From assembly GCA_963768425.1 (NCBI GenBank), contig CAVYHV010000014.1, forward strand, positions 160,001 through 224,000: a stretch of 64,000 bases of DNA, written 5' to 3'. This document shows, in pieces, positions 41,874 to 51,176 of this stretch. The stretch is from Candidatus Bathyarchaeota archaeon (GTDB lineage Archaea; Thermoproteota; Bathyarchaeia; Bathyarchaeales; Bathycorpusculaceae). A model generated the notes under the pieces. That model made no database searches, was not told the DNA's origin, and worked only from the letters and a program-made list of their open reading frames with translations. A program made the position numbers and the translations under genes. The stretch's first letter is position 1, and every line of letters begins with the position of its first letter.

Positions 41874-42695
41874 ATGGAAACTAATTGTGCGGGTGACATA
41901 ATGCATTCTCTCAAAATTGTTGTTGCGACTTTTTTGATATTAACGATTCTTTTTGGGGTTGGAACCAGTTTTGCGCTCACTTACGGGCCCACTAATGGTT
42001 ATGTACAATACAATATTACTGCAAGCGGCAAAGCTGACTATTTCCAGTCTGTTAGCGGCATCATAAACGAGTCTGTTCAACCAACTGGTCAAGCGGGATT
42101 TGTAAACCTTATACTAGACTTATCTTCGACGAAAGCAAATTTTACTTACTCCAAAGATGTTAACGCTACTTCTCTGCTAGAAATCTTCCCATACGTCCCT
42201 GCAATAACAAACCAGTCATTATCTTATCAAACTCAAGGAATCTCCATCAGCGCAAACCTAATTAACGCAGGCCAGACGACAGTCAGCTTTAACGGCACAA
42301 CTTACCAAGCAACCAAATATTTAATCTCCTTCTCTGCGGCAAACTCCTCCAATGCCTTGTCGTTTTCGGGAAATGGCAGTATAATCAGTTTGCCATCGGG
42401 TTTAATTGACACAGTTCAACTCTCGCTGAACCAAACTGCTTCAATCAATGCGACCCTTTTATCAACAAATCTTTCACTCAACGCGCCATCAGGCAACATC
42501 AACCCTGTAGGAGCCTCAGTGCTCGGCTTAGCCTTAGCAGCGGCAGTTGCAATTGCAGCCCCAACAATATACACAAGAGAGAAGAAGAAAAAATACGAAG
42601 AGCAACCTCAGGAAGATGAAAATAACACTAGCCAAGAAAGCGATGTAAAACAAGAGAACGAGGACGAGAACAAGCCTTCTTACTGGGTTGACTAA
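41874..42695 (+). CDS. Exported, C-terminally anchored probable glycoprotein next to ABC transporter
   Basis: Signal peptide, many N-x-S/T sequons, TM, acidic tail. Confidence 0.7.
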   Translation: METNCAGDIMHSLKIVVATFLILTILFGVGTSFALTYGPTNGYVQYNITASGKADYFQSVSGIINESVQPTGQAGFVNLILDLSSTKANFTYSKDVNATSLLEIFPYVPAITNQSLSYQTQGISISANLINAGQTTVSFNGTTYQATKYLISFSAANSSNALSFSGNGSIISLPSGLIDTVQLSLNQTASINATLLSTNLSLNAPSGNINPVGASVLGLALAAAVAIAAPTIYTREKKKKYEEQPQEDENNTSQESDVKQENEDENKPSYWVD

Positions 42696-42745
42696 CATTG
42701 AGTAATGCAAAAATCGGTTGCTTAGCAGCAAACATAAAAGCTTAG

Positions 42746-43738
42746 GTGGAAGCTGTCACGGCTAATTCTTCGGCGGTAATTGAGCTCAATAAAGCGGTGA
42801 AAGATTATGGCAGCAACAGGCGGATTGGCCCGGCAAATCTCACGATCAGCAAAGGGGAAATTGTGGGGTTTCTGGGTCCCAACGGATCGGGTAAAACAAC
42901 TTGCATCAGGTTAATCTTAGGTTTAATCAGGCCGACCTCAGGCACAGTGAAAGTCAACGGATTTGACCCAATCACCAATCACGTTGAAGCATTAAGACAT
43001 GTAGCGTATTCTCCTGAGTTGCCTAACATACAGACTTTTCTAAGCCCAAGAGAACTTCTTAATCTAATTTCCCATGAACTCTATTTCCCCGATAATGCCA
43101 ACAGAAGCAGCGAGATAGACCAAGTGATTGAACTGGTCGGTTTACATGACTACGCCGACACGAAGGTAGGAAAACTTAGCAAAGGGATGATTCAAAGACT
43201 AAGCGTTGCCCAAGCGTTGGTTGGGTCGCCAGAAACTTTAATTCTGGATGAACCGATGATCGGTCTAGATCCTGCTGGAGTTGTTCATTTTAGAGATGTT
43301 TTCAGGGACTTCGCCGCCCATGGGAAAGGAACAGTCTTTATGTCCTCTCATATTATGAGCGAAGTGGAATCGCTTTGTACCTCAGTAGCGATGATCCACC
43401 ATGGAAAAATACTGTTCAAAGGGTCAGTAGATGAAGTAGTGGGAAAAGTGTTAGATTACTCTCTCGTTGAGCTGGAAACTAGCCCTTTAACGCCTGAAAC
43501 GATCCAACAGTTAAAAGAGATTTCTGGAATAACCCAAATTAACGTGGCAGAAAGCGGAAAAGGGGATGCGGTCGCTATCGAAATTACAGTGTGTGAACGT
43601 GACCATGACATTAGACCAGAAATCGCTGATATCGTAGTCAAGTCAGGCGCCAAACTCTACACTATCAAGCATGGTGAGAACATGCTGGAAAAGGCTTACA
43701 TTGAAGCGCTTAAAGAGACAAAAGGTGGCAAACCTTGA
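42746..43738 (+). CDS. ABC-2 type transporter ATP-binding protein
   Basis: GPNGSGKTT, LSKGM, ILDEP, SSH. Confidence 0.95.
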   Translation: MEAVTANSSAVIELNKAVKDYGSNRRIGPANLTISKGEIVGFLGPNGSGKTTCIRLILGLIRPTSGTVKVNGFDPITNHVEALRHVAYSPELPNIQTFLSPRELLNLISHELYFPDNANRSSEIDQVIELVGLHDYADTKVGKLSKGMIQRLSVAQALVGSPETLILDEPMIGLDPAGVVHFRDVFRDFAAHGKGTVFMSSHIMSEVESLCTSVAMIHHGKILFKGSVDEVVGKVLDYSLVELETSPLTPETIQQLKEISGITQINVAESGKGDAVAIEITVCERDHDIRPEIADIVVKSGAKLYTIKHGENMLEKAYIEALKETKGGKP

Positions 43739-44583
43739 AACGCGCTGAAGTCATTTACACTTTTGCTCGGTACGAAATCAAGCGTGCCATCGCACGAAAA
43801 AAAGTTTTGGCTCTAGTCGCTTTCACGATACTTTTGAGTGTACTACCATATTATGCGTTGTCACAAGCAGGAACTACCCTGATTCCCTCAAACGTCTACC
43901 CATATCTTTGGGTTTTTGCAATACTATTGGTTGGCCCTCTTTTCTTAAACTTCACAGCAATCCTGATAGCTGCAGGGTCAATGTCAGAAGAATACGAGCA
44001 AGGCACTGCCGAACTTCTTTTATCAAAGCCAGTAAGACGAAGCGACTACATCGCGGGTAAATTCTTCGGGGGGTATGTTCTGTTTCTTTTTATTCTTACT
44101 TTAACCCTTGTCCTATCCATTTCATCAGCATTCACTTTTTTTGGCGTCCAAGACAACCTTTACCTAATTCCTGGATTATTCATAGCTCAAGCTTTTAGTT
44201 CACTGTTATTCTTTTCTTTAGCGTTCATGCTTGGAGAACTAATCAGGCGCTCTTCTCTTGCTTACATTTTCTCGTCAGCGGTTTTCTTTTCAAGTTACAT
44301 CATAAGCATTTTTTTGAGTGCAATCTTTAGGGCTACGGGCAAAGTGGTCTACAAGACTGTTCAGATGTATCTTCCAACTTCGGCAGCAAGTTCGCTTCCT
44401 ATTCAATATGCTTTACCGAGGCTTCCGCCGACTGTATCAACAGCCCTTACTTTTATCAGCACTTCAACTCTCCGGCCCACAATTAGCTTCTCAATTGAAC
44501 TCCTGCTAGTCTACATAATTGTAGCAGTAACAATTGCCGCAGCCTACTTTTTGCATGCCGACATTTCAAGAAAACTAAGTTAA
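43735..44583 (+). CDS. ABC-2 type transporter permease
   Basis: EEYEQGTAELLLSKPVRRSDYIAGKF; about six TMs. Confidence 0.92.
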   Translation: MKRAEVIYTFARYEIKRAIARKKVLALVAFTILLSVLPYYALSQAGTTLIPSNVYPYLWVFAILLVGPLFLNFTAILIAAGSMSEEYEQGTAELLLSKPVRRSDYIAGKFFGGYVLFLFILTLTLVLSISSAFTFFGVQDNLYLIPGLFIAQAFSSLLFFSLAFMLGELIRRSSLAYIFSSAVFFSSYIISIFLSAIFRATGKVVYKTVQMYLPTSAASSLPIQYALPRLPPTVSTALTFISTSTLRPTISFSIELLLVYIIVAVTIAAAYFLHADISRKLS

Positions 44584-44702
44584 TCATGCTTGGACGGGCG
44601 CATTATTGTACGTTAACAGTAGCAGGCTAGATTTCCCATGTGTTACTTTTGACTCTTACCTGATGGTATAACATAAAAGCGTGTTTAGGCAACATACCCA
44701 AG

Positions 44703-46100
44703 ATGACCTTAACTCTAAAATGCATTCACTGCTCCAGTGAATTTCAAGTTTATCCTTTGAGAAGTAACTGTGAAAAATGCGGAGGTACATTGGAATTTGC
44801 AGCAGAATTACCTGAAGCAAGGAACCTTCGGTTTTCTGGGCAACCTGGATTCTGGCGATACAGACAGGTGCTTCCACCTGTTAAGCATGAAGTAAGCTTA
44901 GGAGAGGGTGGGACTCCCCTGCATAAGGCTGAGAGACTGGCTAAAACAGTCGGGTTAAAAGAACTCTATTTAAAAGATGAAACACGTAATCCCACCAACA
45001 GTTATAGGGATCGGGCTGCCGCTTTCATGACGTCAAATGCGATTGACCAGGGCTTTGAGACACTTGTATGTGCCAGTAACGGGAATATGGGAGCTTCTTT
45101 AGCCGCTTACACTGCAAAAGCAAACTTGATCTGCCACGTGTTGGTCCCAAAAATCGTCGATGTAGGCAAGTTGGCGCAGATGATTGCTTACGACGCCGTC
45201 ATTGAGGAGTCAGGTAACATTGTAGATGATTCCATTCGCAAAGCCGCTGATCTAGCCAAGGAAACTGGTTGGTACCAAGCCACCGCCGAACTTAACCCGT
45301 TAGTTGTTGAAGCCCAAAAAACCATTTCATACGAAATAAACGAGCAGTCCGCGACTCCAAATTGGGTGATTGTGCCAATGGGAAGCGGCGGAACAATCTA
45401 TTCGCTTTGGAAAGGCTTCAAAGAACTCAAAGAGTTAGGGCTCGCTGACTCTCTGCCTCGAATGGTCGGGGTTCAGACGGAAGGCTGCGCTCCAATAGTC
45501 AATCAACTGAAAGATAACGCGCCATCGAAATCCTTCAGCCCTTCAACCCGTGCATTAGCTATTCTCGTAGGTGAACCGTTGCAAAGCGACTTAGCTGTGA
45601 AAGCAATTCACGAGTCAAACGGGTTGGCTTTAACTGTTTCAGACAGCGAAATTTTGGCTTCCGAGCTATTGGTAGCAAAGCTGGAAGGGGTCTTCGCTGA
45701 GCCAGCAAGTTCAGCCACCGTGGCAGCGCTGCAGAAACTGAAAGAAAAACAGATTTCAACACACGACAGCGTTGTTTGCCTCATCACTGGGAGCGGCTTA
45801 AAATCGACGGATGTTTTGCAGGCTCTGAACAAAAAGCAAAAAACAGCTGGTTTGGGGCTGGCGGTTAGTACTAAGCAGAAGATTCTCAAGATTCTCAGTG
45901 AAAAGGATTCATATGGTTATGATTTGTGGAAGCAGCTGGGGCAGATCATGACACGCGCAGCCGTGTATCAGCACCTTAATGAGTTGGCTGATAGGGGGTT
46001 GATAGTGAGCTATGAGCAAGATGGGAAGAGATTTTTCCGCATTGCTGAGCGAGGTAGGAAGGTTTTGGCTGCGTTTGATGAGATTCAGTTGCTTATGTGA
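44703..46100 (+). CDS. Threonine synthase-like fold-type II PLP domain (catalytic Lys to Arg) fused to C-terminal PadR-like wHTH
   Basis: SLGEGGTPL, NPTNSYRDR, ASNGNMGAS, PMGSGG, AEPASS, ITGSGLK; C-terminus SYGYDLWKQL..RAAVYQHLNELADRGLI..ERGRKVL. Confidence 0.88.
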   Translation: MTLTLKCIHCSSEFQVYPLRSNCEKCGGTLEFAAELPEARNLRFSGQPGFWRYRQVLPPVKHEVSLGEGGTPLHKAERLAKTVGLKELYLKDETRNPTNSYRDRAAAFMTSNAIDQGFETLVCASNGNMGASLAAYTAKANLICHVLVPKIVDVGKLAQMIAYDAVIEESGNIVDDSIRKAADLAKETGWYQATAELNPLVVEAQKTISYEINEQSATPNWVIVPMGSGGTIYSLWKGFKELKELGLADSLPRMVGVQTEGCAPIVNQLKDNAPSKSFSPSTRALAILVGEPLQSDLAVKAIHESNGLALTVSDSEILASELLVAKLEGVFAEPASSATVAALQKLKEKQISTHDSVVCLITGSGLKSTDVLQALNKKQKTAGLGLAVSTKQKILKILSEKDSYGYDLWKQLGQIMTRAAVYQHLNELADRGLIVSYEQDGKRFFRIAERGRKVLAAFDEIQLLM

Positions 46101-46726
46101 GTTTTGGGAAAATACTTATTAGGCATGATAGCTGCAACTATAATATAGTTACAACTATACTAAAGGCGACAAACATGGGATTCCGAACTGAACAAGGAAG
46201 AATAACACTCACAGTTGCACAGGCGGGAATCATGGCGGCGTTGGTCGCAGTCGCAACATTTGCAGTGCAGGTTCCGATCCCAGCCACCAAAGGGTACCTA
46301 AACTTCGGCGACATCATGATCTTCGCCAGCGCCCTAATTTTCGGTCCAATTGTCGGCGGTTTCGCAGGCGGCGTTGGATCAGCATTATCTGACGTAGCAG
46401 GCGGGTATGCCTCAACGTATGCCCCATTCACGCTTATTATAAAGGGTGCAGAAGGAATAATTGCAGGATTAATAGCTAAAAGGGGAAGCAAGAAAAGAAA
46501 CGTTTTGGCGGTCGCTGTTGCAGGGGTAGAAATGGTGTCAGGATACTTCTTGGCGGAGTTCTTCGGCCTTTCGTTAGGTTGGGCAGCAGCGACTGAGGTT
46601 CCGTTCAACATCTTGCAGATAGCTGCAGGGGGTGCTATAGGCATCCCAATATCCATAGTTATTCTGAAAAGACTCCCTGAAACTTGGATAAGACAAAGCC
46701 AGACAAGAGAGGTTGGGACAGCTTAA
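46097..46726 (+). CDS. ECF transporter S component, HmpT/PdxU2-like (likely start 46175)
   Basis: IPATKGYLNFGDIMIF...GGVGSALSDVAGGY..YAPFTLIIKGAEG. Confidence 0.85.
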   Translation: MSFGKILIRHDSCNYNIVTTILKATNMGFRTEQGRITLTVAQAGIMAALVAVATFAVQVPIPATKGYLNFGDIMIFASALIFGPIVGGFAGGVGSALSDVAGGYASTYAPFTLIIKGAEGIIAGLIAKRGSKKRNVLAVAVAGVEMVSGYFLAEFFGLSLGWAAATEVPFNILQIAAGGAIGIPISIVILKRLPETWIRQSQTREVGTA

Positions 46727-46752
46727 AAGCTAGATTTCACAGAGAATAAGCT

Positions 46753-47761
46753 ATGAAGCTGCCGCCTGGAAAAATTCCTATTGAAATCCTGAAAGAAACA
46801 GTTTTCAAGAACTTGGGCGCACAACGAGGCGAAGTCGTTTTGGGTCCCGCTGCAGGATTAGACGGCGCAGTTTTGGATGTTGGAAACAAGAACGCCATAG
46901 TCTCGATGGATCCGATAACGGGTGCAGTTGAGCGTATAGGTTGGGAGGCAGTTAACGTTAACGCCAACGACGTCGCAACTTTCGGAGTTGAACCCTCCTT
47001 TCTGTTTTCTTGCCTGCTTTTGCCAGAGAACGCTCAAAGCGAAATCGTACAAACCCATAGCTACCCAAATGAACGCTGCCGCAAAAGAGCTTAACATCGC
47101 AATCGTCGGCGGGCACTGCGAGTCAACACCAGGGTTGTCAAACCCGATCGTAGTGGGCTGCATCATGGGATTAACTGAAAAAGGCAAATACGTCACCGCT
47201 GCAGGCGCAAAGACCGGCGACAAACTGATTTTGACAAAGAGCGCTGGCATTGAAGGCACAGCCATCTTAGCCTCTGATAGGGAAAAGCAGCTGAAAAAAG
47301 TCTTCAACCTCGCGTTCCTTGACAGCGCCAAAAATTTTTACAGCCAAATCAGCGTGGTAAAAGACGCCTTGACTGCTTACAGGTCAGGGGGAGTCCACGC
47401 GATGCACGACCCAACCGAAGGAGGAATCCTAAACGGGATCCACGAGTTGGCGGATGCGGCAGGATTGGGCGTGAGGGTTTTTGAAGAGAAAATTGCTGTT
47501 GAGCCTGAAACCGCTAAAATCTGCCGTTTCTACGAAATTGACCCGCTACAGCTTATCAGTTCAGGCGCATTGCTCATTGCAGCTGAGCCGGAAGCAGCAC
47601 CTAAAATAATTGAAAGCCTCAGCGAGGAACGAATCTACGCCGACGTCATAGGAGAATTTAACCCGAACCCGAACAACCGCATACTAATGCATAAGGACAA
47701 TTCGGCGGAGATGCTGCCCCGACCCGTCTCAGACCACCTGTGGGTCGCACTTTCTCACTGA
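46753..47761 (+). CDS. AIR synthase-related (PurM/HypE/ThiL fold) protein (frameshift near 47050)
   Basis: MKLPPGKIP, DPITG, NANDVA, VGGHCE, AMHDPTEGG, LISSGALL. Confidence 0.88.
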
Positions 47762-47775
47762 CACAATTTGAAATG

Positions 47776-48642
47776 TCAGGATTCAATCTTTGTTTTTAAT
47801 GGTTTTTCTTCCGAAAAAGGAGCCATCTTTCCGGAGTTAGGTTGGAAGACTACAGTGAGGCCAATTGTGCTTTGATAGATTTTGGGTTTCGGTTTTGAGT
47901 TATTTCTAAACCAGTTCAGGGGAACTTGGAAGATCCAGTTGAGCAGAAAGGCTGGGTAGAAGAGCATGTATCCGTACAGGTGCGAGTAGACTAAGCCGCA
48001 TTTGAATTCGACTATGGCTTGTGAGAACCCAGTTTTCACATTCCAGCTGGTCGGCGGCTTGTAGTGGAGGCAGTAGGCTTCAGATGCGACACAAACTTTG
48101 TATCCTTGATCTTTGATGTGCCTGATGACATGAGCGTCTTCGTAGGTATGCAGGTGCTCAGGGATCTTTATGCCCGCCACTGCCTTGGTTAGAATTAGTG
48201 TGTCATGGGTTCCACCACGCAACTTGAAGCATTCCCGGGCAAGTATGCCCTGCAAAAGAAGAACCCGTTTGTCTGTTACGTTTGGGATAACGTCGACGTT
48301 TAAACCCCAAACCGCTGCAACCCCATTTTTCAAATCTGTTTGCGCTTTTTTATACCAGTCCTTGCAAAGGACGACGTCGCTGTCGACAAACAAAAACCGT
48401 TCCGTGGTAACGTGCCGTATGCCTTCGGTTCGCGCTTTAGCCCTTGAACCGTCAACTTGAAAAAGTGCAACGTTTCCGTGCGCCTTGTTGAAGCCGTCGA
48501 GAATTTTCAGGGTTCCGTCTGTTGAGAAGCCGTCAATTACAATTAGATTTTTGACGGGCACGTTTTTATAAATTGACGTTAAACAATTGCTGAGTTTGTG
48601 CGCACTGTTCTTAGTCAGCAATACAACGTCAACTTGATCCAT
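47776..48642 (-). CDS. GT2 glycosyltransferase
   Basis: VIDGFSTDGT, FVDSDV, YEDA; paralog of the adjacent gene. Confidence 0.9.
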   Translation of the reverse strand: MDQVDVVLLTKNSAHKLSNCLTSIYKNVPVKNLIVIDGFSTDGTLKILDGFNKAHGNVALFQVDGSRAKARTEGIRHVTTERFLFVDSDVVLCKDWYKKAQTDLKNGVAAVWGLNVDVIPNVTDKRVLLLQGILARECFKLRGGTHDTLILTKAVAGIKIPEHLHTYEDAHVIRHIKDQGYKVCVASEAYCLHYKPPTSWNVKTGFSQAIVEFKCGLVYSHLYGYMLFYPAFLLNWIFQVPLNWFRNNSKPKPKIYQSTIGLTVVFQPNSGKMAPFSEEKPLKTKIES

Positions 48643-48703
48643 CGATGTGCCTCAACGTTTGGTTTGTATGCATTAACGCTTGTAGCGCTTAAAAAGATAA
48701 AGT

Positions 48704-49495
48704 TTAACGCTTCCCCTCTCGCCTAGCAACCTCATAAAGCGCGTAGCCTGAGTAAAACGCGTAGGCAGCTAGCAACCTGCCAATCAACCATACATCCCCA
48801 AGCGTAAGAGCCTCAGCAAACAAACCTATGCTTCCTCTAAGTGTCCAAACGTTCGGCGGACGGTAATGAACGCAGAATGGGATGTAGCATGGAATTACGC
48901 GGTAGCCTTTTTGTTCAATCCAATCTTTTATGTATGCGTCTTCATAAACATGGAGTTTTTTTGGAATTTGGATATCTTTAACGAGTTCTGTTTTAATGAG
49001 GGTGTCGTGGGTTCCGCCGCGGACCTCAAAAATTTTCCGTGTAATCCGCAAAAAAAACGCCATAGTCACTGGGCTTTCAACGGTTGACCAAATCTCTGTT
49101 CCCCAAACCGCACCAACATCCTCCTTGATGTACTGTTGGGCTTTTTTGTACCAATCATTACAGAGGATGACATCACTGTCCACAAACAGAAACCATTCTG
49201 TGTTTACGTCAGCTATGCCTTTTTGGCGTGCAGTGGCACGGTTGCCTTTGTCCATTATGATTTTTACGTTGTGGTATTTTTCGTCAAACCAATTAAGAAC
49301 ATCCAAGGTTTTGTCCGTTGAGTATCCGTCGACTGCTATGAGTCGGGCAACTGGCACGTTGTTATACACGGATTCTAGGCATTCTTTGAGTTTTCTGTCG
49401 CTGTTCTTAGTCAACAGCACAACGTCAACCGAGTCCACGCAACCATCTCCTTTCTTGACCGCTAAGTTAACGGTCAACTCATAGAGGCTATGCAA
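48704..49495 (-). CDS. GT2 glycosyltransferase (tandem paralog)
   Basis: AVDGYSTDKT, FVDSDV, RGGTHDTLI, YEDA. Confidence 0.9.
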   Translation of the reverse strand: MHSLYELTVNLAVKKGDGCVDSVDVVLLTKNSDRKLKECLESVYNNVPVARLIAVDGYSTDKTLDVLNWFDEKYHNVKIIMDKGNRATARQKGIADVNTEWFLFVDSDVILCNDWYKKAQQYIKEDVGAVWGTEIWSTVESPVTMAFFLRITRKIFEVRGGTHDTLIKTELVKDIQIPKKLHVYEDAYIKDWIEQKGYRVIPCYIPFCVHYRPPNVWTLRGSIGLFAEALTLGDVWLIGRLLAAYAFYSGYALYEVARREGKR

Positions 49496-49687
49496 AACAA
49501 CTTAAAAAACAACTTGCTTGACAAAACAATAAGGGTTGAATGTTTGCGCAAAAAATAGCCAGAAAACTTCGCATTTAACGCACAAGTTAGCGCTATACAA
49601 CCGATTCTGGGCTGTACAATCCGTTTATATTTTCGCATGAACTACAGGAAAATGAGTTCAGAGTCTTTTGTGTCTGAGGCGGGTTGA

Positions 49688-50461
49688 TTGATGATTGTTG
49701 GAGCCGTCGTTCTTGCAGCGGGCAAATCTGAAAGGATGGGTCAAAACAAGCTTCTTTTAAGTTTGAACGGGAGAACACTAATTGATAACATTTTGGATGC
49801 GCTGGAGGAGACGGGCATCGATGAGCAGGTGGTTGTTTTGGGGTATAAACCCGCAGAGCTTTTAGAAGCTCTTGGACCGAGAATTGAGAAAGTCAAAGTA
49901 GCCATAAACAGGGGTTTCGAGCTCGGGATGACTTCCTCATTCCAAGTGGGCCTGCAACTTATGAGGCACGTGGATGCGGCGTTTCTAGTTCTTGGCGACG
50001 AACCCATTTTTGACCCGAAAATTCTGCGCTCATTGATTGAGCTAATGGAACAAATGAGAGGCAAAGCGCTGATTGCGACTCCGATTTATAACGGGAAGAA
50101 GGGGCATCCGCTCCTTTTTCATAGCCAACTCTTCGCGGAAATATTAGATTTGAAGAGTTCCCAAACCATCCGTGATGTTGTTCATAGCCACGCCGACAAA
50201 GTGGTCAAAATTGATGCACCACAGTGGACAACCATGGATATTGATACGCCTGAAGACTACGACCGTGTCTGCAACCTCATAAAACCGGCCAAAATCCCTG
50301 AAGTGTGTTTTTGTTGGCTAAGCTTGCCTTTGCCGTTTGAACTGGATGATTTGTGCCAATATGCTTACTCCGATTTCTTCGGGCGTTTCTGCGCCTATTT
50401 CCAGACCAGCAGGAGTATGCAGCATTTTCAGCTGTGTATCGGTGAAGCCTGCAGCCTTTAG
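49688..50461 (+). CDS. mocA: Molybdenum cofactor cytidylyltransferase-like NTP transferase (true end probably ~50300)
   Basis: LAAGKSERMGQNKLLL, LGDEP, GHPLLF, DIDTPEDY. Confidence 0.85.
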   Translation: MMIVGAVVLAAGKSERMGQNKLLLSLNGRTLIDNILDALEETGIDEQVVVLGYKPAELLEALGPRIEKVKVAINRGFELGMTSSFQVGLQLMRHVDAAFLVLGDEPIFDPKILRSLIELMEQMRGKALIATPIYNGKKGHPLLFHSQLFAEILDLKSSQTIRDVVHSHADKVVKIDAPQWTTMDIDTPEDYDRVCNLIKPAKIPEVCFCWLSLPLPFELDDLCQYAYSDFFGRFCAYFQTSRSMQHFQLCIGEACSL

Positions 50462-51127
50462 TCTCTGGGTTATTATTTCGGCTTTTTTGGAGCTGCCGAG
50501 TAACCCAATGTATTCAGGTTTCTTTTCAAGCAGTTTCTTGACTGCTGTATAGTCATGTTCAGGTTCCCCGTGGGCTACAACTGCAAAGTCACTTGACCCC
50601 AAGTCGAAACCATCCAAAACTTGAGCGTATTCACCGGCAATCACCTGTTCCGCCATCGGGAAAGCCCCTTTGCTGACCAATCTGCGTTCATCATCAACAA
50701 TAACTATTTTGAACCCTGCAAGGCTAGCTAACTTAGCCAGTGGCAAAGCCACATGACCTGCTCCAACAATTATCAAGCGCGGAGAAGGTTCCATAACGTC
50801 AGCAAGCAAGCTCAATTCGCCGCCACAAATCATTCCTGTGCCAACGGCGCCATCCTTGGGTTCTTTCGACAGATTAAAAGTAACCCTCTCGGATTTACCC
50901 TCTTTTAACGCTTTGAGGCACTCGTCAACCAAGGAACGCTCAAGGTTTCCACCGCCGATGGTTCCGAAAGTTTTCCCGTTTTCCATCACAATCATCTTTG
51001 CACCTACATCCCGAGGTCCATGTCCCTTCTTCTCCACAACCGTGCAGAAAACAAGCCTTTTCCTGCTTTCAAGAAGACACACCGCTTCATTCAAAAGCTC
51101 AAGGTCAGAAGGCATAAAAACCAACAC
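50318..51127 (-). CDS. xdhC: XdhC/CoxI family Moco-insertion chaperone
   Basis: GTIGGGNLE, GMICGG, GAGHVA, YIGLLGS, GAETPEEIGVSILAQI. Confidence 0.93.
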   Translation of the reverse strand: MLVFMPSDLELLNEAVCLLESRKRLVFCTVVEKKGHGPRDVGAKMIVMENGKTFGTIGGGNLERSLVDECLKALKEGKSERVTFNLSKEPKDGAVGTGMICGGELSLLADVMEPSPRLIIVGAGHVALPLAKLASLAGFKIVIVDDERRLVSKGAFPMAEQVIAGEYAQVLDGFDLGSSDFAVVAHGEPEHDYTAVKKLLEKKPEYIGLLGSSKKAEIITQRLKAAGFTDTQLKMLHTPAGLEIGAETPEEIGVSILAQIIQFKRQRQA

Positions 51128-51176
51128 TAGAACAATTCGCAGCTACCGATTTTAGGTTACCGCTGGGTATCTACGG

